This document shows, in pieces, positions 49,210-59,300 of a stretch of DNA of 64,000 bases. The stretch is from Nemertoderma westbladi (taxonomy: Eukaryota; Animalia; Xenacoelomorpha). Position 1 is the stretch's first letter. Every line of letters begins with the position of its first letter. The notes under the pieces were generated by a model. The model had not been told where the DNA came from. It did no database searches and was given only the letters and a program-made list of their open reading frames with translations. The stretch lies in contig JAUCBJ010006851.1 of NCBI GenBank assembly GCA_032718475.1, positions 15,985 through 79,984 of the forward strand. The letters are read 5' to 3'. The position numbers were made by a program, and so were the translations under genes.

Positions 49210-51499
49210 TTCGGTAGTTGTAAGTCAAGTAAAGTGAGTGTCAAAGTATCAAACTTACCGTTTTTTATCTAAACGGTACTAATTACAGTCATATAAAATT
49301 AGCCTACCGGCCGATTTTATAGCAGATGGATAAAATTAGCCTAGACGGCCAATTTTACAGCAAATAAATGTCACGGAATAAGTATATAATAAAATTAGCC
49401 TAGCGGCCAATTTTATAACAAATAAATTGGATAACGATATGCGTTATCAAAAGGTAAATTAAATACAATAATACGGACTAATTCAGCAATGAACAAAGAA
49501 ATCATACGGAATGCATAAATACTTGAGACAGTGGAACCCACAATAATTTTAACTAATACGGTAATGCCTAACTTATTTATGCAACTTTTCAAACTCACCC
49601 ACTCCAATTATTCTCCAGAAAAACAGATTCCCAGATACAAACCGAACGTGAACCTTTCCGTTTCCAGCGTTGCGGACGAAGCGCGATTTTCCCAACCAAA
49701 GTTGTTGAGTTATCTATCTCCCAAACTTGCTAAACACGGTCTTGCTCCCGTTACAGTCTAGAAATGAGTTCTGAATCCTGAAAAACAAAAGAGTTAGGTC
49801 AGTAGGTTTTACTTTACGAAATTTTGTACCGGTACAATATGGTATTTAAACCCTTTTTTAAACACCGGTATTCAATTCCAAAAATAATTTTACACGCGGT
49901 TCAAATCAAATTTTATTTCAAAATATTAGCACTTAGCTAATCAAATATAAATTTTTACCTCAAAATACAAAATTTTCAAATAACTTTAGTCCTACCGAAC
50001 CGTAGTTCAGTAAAACACATTCCTACTATTCGAAGAGACGGTAACAATACCTGCAATATCCTACTGTAAAGTTTGTGAATCAAATCATAAATCCGACCTT
50101 CTCACCAAAACAGTAAACTCTAAGTAAGCGAATATATTGCAGTATCGATCTCTTATAACCGGTGAGGCAGAAAACAGTCTACGAGCAGACAAACTTCGAT
50201 AAAACAAAATCCCGCGCAGCGAATCCTAAAATCAGGCTGACTCACTGACGGACTAAAGGGCTCGTATACTTTGCCGCGGTGTGATTTATATGGTTGGGCG
50301 AAAGGGACGCTAGCTAGGTACAGAGGCAGAGATTTGGAGATGTCTAACTAGCGGGCAAAGCACAGTACGGACAAAAGTTAATTTTATATATTTTGAGGTG
50401 TAAATAATTTCTAACGCGCGTGTTAATTCTGAACGGTCAAAGCAGTTTTGCTCCTTCACATATATAATTACTGGGTACGGTGTGCATTTTACGAATATTC
50501 TAATTTTGTAACTTGTAGGTCCAATACTCACGAATGATAAGGTTCCTTCCCCTCTTGCGTATTTCCAGGACTCAAATTCAGGCATAAGGTTAATGCTACG
50601 CCCAGAATTCGGCAATTTTAATTTACCAGGCCCCTAATACTAAGAAGAAATGTGTTAGTTTACTACAGTAGGCGTACGGTTACAAATAGCTATCCTGGCG
50701 TCCTATCTAGAATTTTAGTCACCTAGGTAGGCTGGGTAACTTCCTATCAAGACGTTGGCGGGGACACGGTAGATGTTAGTATATCCCTAATAGCCTCAAT
50801 TTATTTTCGCCTAGCCGTAAACTGCCCTACCGCCTGAACGGTACAATCCCAATTCAGGTGAAACACAGCAACCCTCCTAGCCTACAAGTTCTAATGCAAT
50901 GGACACCGTTGCACTACAAATAGTCACAGACGCACCTGTACTTAGCAAGAGTTAGGCGTACAGTTTGCTGCACCCTACCAATGTGTATTCTTTGTACCGG
51001 TGTGCCCACGTCCTATCTGCGTACTAGTATCTCTGCCTGCTCTCTCCCCCCCGTAGGAATGTGAAGGTCTACTGTGGTTTTTTCCTGAATTAAGACAGTA
51101 CAGTCCCTAAGATGTAATTTTAGGCTCACAGCGTGTCACTACTTCTACCTTTTGATCTTTGGTCTTACGCTTAGGTAGCAAGGCGTCGAACGCTGTCTAA
51201 CCTTTCAGGCGATGGGCGAATAACTGAGATGATATTGCGGGTTGTCTCTTGTCTACATTCCCGTGATGTTCCCGTTCATTGCTACGGCCCGATCTCTAGC
51301 CGGCCATCCTGTTCTTAAAGGTGTTCACCGTAGTGAATCATGATGAAAAGAAAAGGCAGGTAGCGGTATTTCTGAATTTATTGCAGATAATAATACAAAA
51401 TGTAATCTGAAAACTAATGACAGAATAAACAAATATCAGATAACTCAGAATAATTGTGTAAGTGAAGAGTGAAAATTAGATAACTAATGAACAAATCGC

Positions 51500-51652
51500 A
51501 CCTTTATATACTAAATTTGTGCTGCAATCAATCGAGAAAATTCTCGATTGTTCTATAGGTTCTAACAGGTTTTTAAAGATAGCTATTGGTCCAGCTAATA
51601 TATAACTTGTACGACATTGGTTACAATCAAATAACTACAGTCTCATTGGTTA
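51500..51652 (-). promoter_or_regulatory. BEL-C LTR Pol II promoter (three CCAAT boxes plus TATATAAAGG)
   Basis: Plus-strand attggt at about 51586, 51616 and 51646 (30-bp spacing) upstream of cctttatata at 51501-51510. Confidence 0.6.
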
Positions 51653-51717
51653 ATCTAGGTACAAACAAATGCAATTTAATTTGTAGCGGTTAATTTAAAT
51701 GTGTTGAAATTCTGTAC

Positions 51718-51804
51718 AAAAAATAATTCGCACTTACTAGGATTCGAACTCAATACCTACTACACATATAATTTCCAACGCTCTACCAACTGAGCTACTG
51801 AACC
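51718..51804 (-). ncRNA. tRNA-like Pol III unit in the BEL-C 5' LTR
   Basis: Identical copy of 36984-37070. Confidence 0.6.
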
Positions 51805-53271
51805 ACTTGAATAATAGGCGTACAAATAGAAATAGCAATACAAATGAGGACTCAATGTAATCTTTTACAAAGTTAATTCGAATAAAAATAAAATTTTGAA
51901 AATCCACGGCATTTAGGGAATATAATTCTATATTGTACACCAACATTAAGATTATTACTACAGGGTAAAATATTATTTCCTGCAAGAAAGGTTTGATTAG
52001 TATTAGGGTTATCTATTACGGTACTATTAATATTATCTCCACTAAACGTATTATTATTATTACCCCCCCCTCCCCCCCGCCCGTACAGTCACACCAGTCT
52101 TGGGTCTGTCGTCCGGTACCTGTAAGTGGGGTATTAACAAAGGTTTCCGTCACCTCTGGTTCCTCATAAATACTACCCGAACCAGCCTCGCTCTCTGATA
52201 AACCCATTTTGCCAGTTCTAACCGGCGCTTTTGCTTCGCTTGATACTGCATTAACCCCTCAACTGGGTATGCATATCATCCCGCAAGTGTTTGCCCACCC
52301 TCTCTCTTTCTCTATCCTTCCTCATACTCTGGTCGGCCAATTCTGCCTCCCTCGCCTCCTGCTCTCTATGCTCGTTCACCTCCCTCTCAATTCTCTCAGC
52401 CTCCCACACCTTGCGCTTGTTTTCCACTCTCGCCTCCCACTCCTTGCGCTCTTTATGCTCGTTCATCTCTCTCTTAATTCTCTCAGCCTCCCGCACCTTG
52501 CGCTCGTTTCCACTCTCGCCTCCCGCTCCTCGTGCTCTTTACGCTCATTCATCTCTCTCTCCTCCTGCTCCCTACAGTTTCTCGCCACCCTCTCAGCCCT
52601 CTCTTTACACTCTCTCGCTAATTCTCTCTCCCTCTCTAGCAACGCGGTTCCCTCGTCCAGCTGCCTTTCTAGTTCCTTTTGATCCAGTGCAACAATGTCT
52701 AGTTGACACGCCAGATCTATCTCTAACACCCTTCTTGCTTTCACGGAGGATGTAGCGGACTTTTCGGTTGCGACGGACTCCCGTCGCCTGTCTGTCCTAC
52801 TAATTTTCCCCCGTTTGCTGGGGTTCCTACTAACCGACGACACCGAATCCTCGGGATTAACCTCGGATTTGCCATCGTGCGGGTCTGCACATCCCACTAA
52901 CTTAATCCCCCTCGCATCCACTAAGTAAGGCCCTATGTACACTACATCCACCTCCACCACCTCGGATCGCCACAATTCAAACAGTTCTGTAGCGACCCCC
53001 TCGCCCTCTCACTCGCCAGTTCTCCCTGTCCAAATCGGACTAAATAACGGAAATGTTTGTTGCACTCACCTAGCCTCTGATATAGTTTAGGATGGTCTAC
53101 CTTTCTCCCTTCCTTAGCCTCCTTTAGCATCCTCTTTGTGGCGTTGTAGGCCCAGTCGCAGGCGATCACTCGTCACGACATCTTCCTCGTTGACTCCACC
53201 TTCCCTCCTCGTCCGGCGCCGTACCGTTGGCCCCACCGTCGCCGTTCCGGTGGGCCGTTCGTCGTCGTCAT

Positions 53272-56200
53272 TTGATGTTCTTCCACCGCGATCAATACTC
53301 TAGTGAGTACGGCTCCAGGAAGAATTAGAAGTGGATCTGGATAAACCGCTTCTGTCATCCTTGCTCCGATCTCGGGTGTCAACTCTACAGTGTCTGAACT
53401 ACTGGAGTTATCGGGCCACTGAGAAATAAGTTCTCGGGTCGGGTGCTGCTGCTGTTTAACAGCTGCCTCTTGGTGCCACTTGACTTGAGCCCTAGTGCCT
53501 ATGATAGATCTATGGTGCTTTACTAGCCTAGGGTCTGATACTACTACTGTAGGGATGACCTTTCTTACAGTAGGACTTGGACTTACAGGGGACTTGGACT
53601 TCGGTCTCAGATGTTCTATACTCTTTTCTGAGTCACAGACTGTTCTTTCTAGAAGACTATCTGACAGTGTTTGCTTTGTGTCAGCCATGATTTATTTTAC
53701 AGTTGAATGCCTACTACTATGACGACAGTTAAAGCAAGTCTAGTAATTCAGTATCAACTATAAGCCTAGTAATTAATTACCGATACCGTTACTCAGTGTA
53801 ACATGATATATATAATATATTAAAATACCGGTATACTTATAGTATATATATAAGTATTATTGCAGACTATAATTAGTCACAAAATACCGGTATATAATTT
53901 CAGCCTAAATTTATATAAATAAATATAATAAGCCTACCGTAAATACCGGTAATGTTAATTATTTTATGATAACTGACTTTCTGAATTTTAGGGTTACTTC
54001 CCCTTTACTTGTTACTGTTATTAAGCAGTAGTCCAACTGATATTACGACCTAATTGATGTATAACAGGCCTACTATTTTATATATCGGTTTGAGTTAATT
54101 TATAATATATTATGTACCCGTACAAGGGTTTTTGACAATATTTGAAATAAATGTTATTATTTCTAGATAAGGAGTCACTACACAGAATCTGAACGCTCTC
54201 AGTGGAGTGCTACTTGTTGGACACTAAAATGAATAATTCTACTTTACTAAGTTACTTGTCACTACAAATTACTTACAATTACAGTTTGAGATTACAATCT
54301 CTAATAATAAACACTAAAAAGTTACACGTACAATTTATTAGGGTAATTTTACAAGAAATCTACAAACCAGCTTAACAAGGAGTTCGAATTTCTGGTTCTT
54401 ACAAACTGACAGGAAACTACGGTATTTGAAAACAATAAAGCAGTAGTAAGTAAATTGCGTTGTCCAGATAAGAAAATACCACCATCTGACGACTTATAGT
54501 CTTAGCTCTATAAGTACTACGTTATGTACCCGGAGTGTCCTTACCTAGAGGTTAATTACTGCAGCCAACCAGAGCTAACGTGCCTATTAACCACGTTACA
54601 ACACAAATATACTGCCTACACTAAATTACTTTTGGAAAGCACTGTACACTAAACCCTAAATTAGGTACAAGTACTTATACAACAAATAACCAGCAGTTAA
54701 ATATACTTGAACAGCCAAAAGAACCACGGTATCTGCTGGAGTGACCGGAGCACAAAATCACCAGTCTTTACCTACGCCAAGCAGCCCTGATGTAGTACCG
54801 GGGTTAATTTAACTATAACGGTATGTATAACAAGCACAATTACTGTAGGAATAACCTTGGGGAGTTGGTGGTTGCGAATACTCGCATAGACTCTGAATAA
54901 TAAATATTACGCTACCCGTGCAGACTGTACAAACAAAATACAGACCAAATGCTGGCAGACTACTGGCAAGCCTAAATAAACTACAGTATATGCAGACTCC
55001 AAAATGGTTAGTTAGTAGGCGTTCTAACCGAGTAGTACGACTTATTCTTTCGGGGGGATTTACCTTACAACACTGGATGCCCCCACCTTCCTAACTAGCA
55101 CTTTATCGGACAGACACTCTACACACACTGCAATCGCTTCAGACCTAACAACAGTCAGACAACAATCCGGCCTACAAATTATTTATACAATCTGAGCAGG
55201 CTTACACGCCTTCTGCTCAATATTACACTTACAGATAAATAAAACTGACAGAAATAAGTAAACCATACAAAGGAATAAGGGGTGATCAATCCCTAATCCC
55301 CTAACAGCCTACAATATACAATATTTCACAATCGAAATAATACTAGTACCAGCAAGTACCGGTTCGGGTGGTTGGGCAGTTAGACCTACAGTTTACCGTC
55401 CGACCGGTATATTCTAATTTATTGCCTACGTGCAATCAAGAAATTATAAAAACTATTCATGTTCTTACCAGAACAATAGACAAAATATATTTATTGCCTA
55501 CTGTGCAATAAAGAACAAAATCTATTATTGTTCGCGCTTTTAGACCTTTAGCAGTTTAACCTGCCAATTTTAGTTGTCTTCTTGTTTATAAATCGACTTT
55601 AGCCTAGATCAATGATTTAATGTACTGAAGTTACATCCGCCGAAGCCAGTCTGTGCGCGATCATTCACCCACAGTTAAGGGAGACTGGATTCGGGTGCTT
55701 TGAAAGTTATTGCAGTGCAGACCTACTGTATTATTGATTGATCGTTACTATATAATCTCTGACAATATATTTACTTTCGGGGAAATATTAACAGTTCCTT
55801 TAGGACGTGGCGCTTTAAGTATAAAAACAGAGTTATGACTTATACTAATCACAACTAGATGGCCATAGAGTTTCGTAAATAGCGCATTGTTTAGGAGATG
55901 CTTTATTATCTGTCACACTACTTCACACGACTTCACACTACTTCACACTGATCTGCCAACCGTCACTGAATTTGATCATATATAAGGAGAATTACAAATG
56001 ACACAAGTAGGGATTATGAAATAGCATTTGATTCACCCAAAACCACTATAATGTAAGTCGCAATGCTACCGGTAACCTGTTCCTCTCACCTTCAGTAATC
56101 AAGAAGATTGGGGGTTTTGTGATTATTCATCGGTATTCTCCAAATATATCAGCAATATACATCAATATAACAACAATTAATAACAGAAGTAAAATAATGC

Positions 56201-56361
56201 GGTGAACAGTCAGTATGTGTTTTAGTGCTCCAGGTTCGTGGTTGGTCAGTTAAGATAGTTCTTCAGTGTTGCTTCAGATAATAGATTTACGTTCTTATAA
56301 TCAAAGCCATCAGATGTTTAGGCCAAAGTCTGAAACTTCCAAAATCAGAAGTACAGAAGAT
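53272..56361 (-). mobile_element. BEL-D: 5' portion of a BEL-A-family element (gag start, leader, LTR start)
   Basis: MADTKQTLSDSL...IAVEEHQ is homologous to BEL-A MSDTRQNLSDSL...IAVEEHQ; the 2.7-kb leader is colinear with 7443-10500; interrupted by Copia at 56362. Confidence 0.88.
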
Positions 56362-59300
56362 TGTTAGAAATATATGTTTCTCCAAGTCGAATCCACTGTT
56401 TTTAATAAAAAACTTCCAACATCATACGTTGCAGTATTAAGTAAATATAGTCAGTTATATATGAAATACAAACAATCATTACCGGTACCGCAACCCAACA
56501 CCAAAAACACAATATGACAGAACAGCCTAACGGTACTACTGCAGAACCAGACGGTAGGAGTCAGACAGTCAGATGATAGATAAAGGGTTCAATATAAAAG
56601 GGCGTTAGATGATTTCCAACACTCCCACTCGTCGTCAGCCCATGATCATCTGATAAAAGTGCAAATTATACTGACGATTTCACATTCCCACTAACTCGTC
56701 AATATATTTAAACGAGAGTCATCATTTTTGTTCTAAACTCAATGAATTTCTCCTTTGAAAGAGGCTTTGTCATTATATCTGCAATCATGTTGTTCGATGA
56801 GCAGTGTTCTAAAGTAACAAGTTTTTTATTCACCATATCTCGAACAAAGTGATGTTTTATTTCAATATGTTTAGTTCTCCCATGAAATCGATGATCTTTC
56901 GAAAGAGCAATACATCCATTATTATCCTCATATAGTGTGGTAGATTTCCCTTGTTCAAACCCTAAGTCTTTCAAGAGAGTCCTCAACCATACCAGTTCTC
57001 TCGTGGCCAAACTCGCTGCTATGTATTCAGCTTCTGTAGTACTTTGTGCTACGGTTGATTGTTTTTTACAACTCCATGAGATTAATGAATTGTTTATAAA
57101 GAATAAGAACCCTGACATAGACTTTCGGTCATAGTTCCGACCCCAGTCGGCATCTACATAACCAACAAGTTTTGCAATATTAACTTTAGATGATACAAAT
57201 TCCACACCGATGTCTGGTGTCCCTTTGATGTATCGAAGTATCCTTTTCACAGCTACCCAGTGTTCATTCCCAGGATTAGAACAGAATTGATTAACGCTGC
57301 TGAGAGATGCAGCAATGTCTGGTCGGGTAGCACTTACAATGTAATTTAGAGCGCCTATAGCCGCCTGATAACTTCTTTTGTCAACCGGATCACCCTCATT
57401 AGGGGACAAAGTAATACTAGGGTCAATGGGTGTTGAAACAGAGTTACAATTTTCCATTCCAAAACACTTCAATATATTTTCAAGATAGCTCCTTTGAGAT
57501 AACTTCATGCTGCCATTACTTCTGTTTCTGTCAATCTTTATACCTAAACACCATGTGGCTTCGCCAATGTCCTTCATCTGAAATCGCTTTTTCAGTAAAT
57601 CCTTTTCTCCAATCAGCATAGTAATGTCATTAGATGCCATCAATAAGTCGTCAACGTATAGAGCTAAGATCATAAAGTTGTCTCCAATGTGTTTGATGTA
57701 AATGCAAGGATCAGAATCCGATTGTATGTATCCAGATCCCTTAAGGTGATCATCCATTACTTGATACCAACATCGAGAGGCTTGTTTCAATCCATAAATA
57801 CTCTTGTGAAGTTTACATACCAAGTTCTCATTTCCTTCCTTGATAAATCCATCTGGTTGTTTCATAAAGATCTCTTCCTCCAGTACACCATTCAGGAAGG
57901 CTGTCTCAACATCCATTTGGTGTAGTTCTAAGTTATACTCATTCACAAGAGCTAGTATTGTACGAATAGAGGTACAGCGTGCAACTGGTGCAAACGTTTC
58001 TTGATAATCCAAATTGGGCTGTTGAGTGAAGCCCTGAGCTACAAGCCGCGCTTTGTAGCGTATGACTTCTCCATTAGAATCTTTCTTTTCTTTAAAAGTC
58101 CATTTACTACCAACTACTGTTCTACCTTCTGGTAATTCAACTAAAGACCAGGTTTTGTTGTTGGTTAACGAGTTATATTCATTTTCTATTGCTGATTTCC
58201 ATTGGTCACTCGAATCACCTTCCAGTGCTTCATTTATGGTTCTTGGCTCCATGGATACTGAGAAAACCATATTATCAAATTCATCTCCCTCAATCCACTC
58301 ACCATATCTGTCTGGCAGTTTTCTAACTCTTGACGACTTCCTCACTTCAGGCACTGTTTTTGATTTGTCATTTACTTTCTCAGTCCTCATTACAGGCTCA
58401 GTTTCTAACTTATAATTTAATTTGTCATTTACTTTCTCAGTCCTCATTTCAGGCTCAGTTTCTAACTTGTAATTTACTTTCCCAGTAACGATTACTGGAG
58501 CAACTGGGACCACTATATCATCAATAGCAGTATTGTCAAAACACTTTGACTCTATCTCATGTTTGATGTGGGATATACGATCTCCAAAGCTGTGTTCATC
58601 GAACCTAACATCACGACTAACAAATACACGCCTTGTGTGTGGGTCATATACTCTATAACCTTTCTTTTCACCATCATAACCTATGAAGATGTGTCTCTCA
58701 CTCTTAGGATCCCACTTCTTTCTTTTCTGACTTGGGACGTGAACCCATGCATCACACCCAAAGACCTTAAAGTCTGAAACTGATGGTTTTTTGCCATAGA
58801 AACATTCATATGGAACTTGATTCGTAACAGCTTTTGTTAAACATCGATTATTAATATATACAGAAACCAAAACTGATTCAGCCCAGAATGAGATCGGCAG
58901 CCCGGCATATTCTATCATAGATCTACCTGATTCAACTAAGGTCCTATTCTTTCTCTCTGCAACTCCATTTTGTTGTGGGGAGTATCTTACAGTCACCTGT
59001 TTGCGAATGCCCTTCTGCTTCAAGAAATTGTCAAAATCATTATTTAAATACTCTCCACCATTGTCAAAGCGAATCACTTTAATATTTTTATCTGTCTGTC
59101 TCTCAGCCATTTGTATAAATTCAACGAATTTCTCCATAACTTCACATTTTTCCTTCATAAAATAGACTCCACAGAACCTTGACTTATCGTCTATGAATGT
59201 GACAAAATATCTATTTCCGCCATTTGATGCCTTTGACATTGGCCCGCAGACATCAGAGTGGACAAGTTCAAGAACATCAGATGCCCTTGAATTACTTGTT

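Larger units (their letters stand above)
35306..51932 (-). mobile_element. Young, intact BEL/Pao LTR retrotransposon BEL-C (16.6 kb)
   Basis: LTRs 35306-37198 and 50027-51932 differ by one SNP and one scar by eye; perfect TSD TTGTA (35301-35305, 51933-51937); PPT GGAGCGG at 37199-37205; uninterrupted 2942-aa ORF. Confidence 0.97.
50027..51932 (-). repeat. BEL-C 5' LTR (1906 bp)
   Basis: Direct repeat of 35306-37198. Confidence 0.97.
15076..53271 (-). mobile_element. BEL-H: old BEL-like gag remnant in five pieces (15076-15149, 15865-16126, 28132-29567, 35118-35305, 51938-53271)
   Basis: Removing the inserts restores the reading frame at the junctions: NVGVQ|NNLNN, VGRT|SDLPNE, GQLP|PMIYPTQG, AECLK|YLQVYTGRPAYDIM; FKFNGSKPEEYLQF is a BEL gag-like motif. 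Confidence 0.75.

Noticed and set aside
50940-51052. Ribozyme or RNase P substrate directly after the putative primer
   Set aside because: No HDV, hammerhead or cloverleaf fold could be identified by eye.
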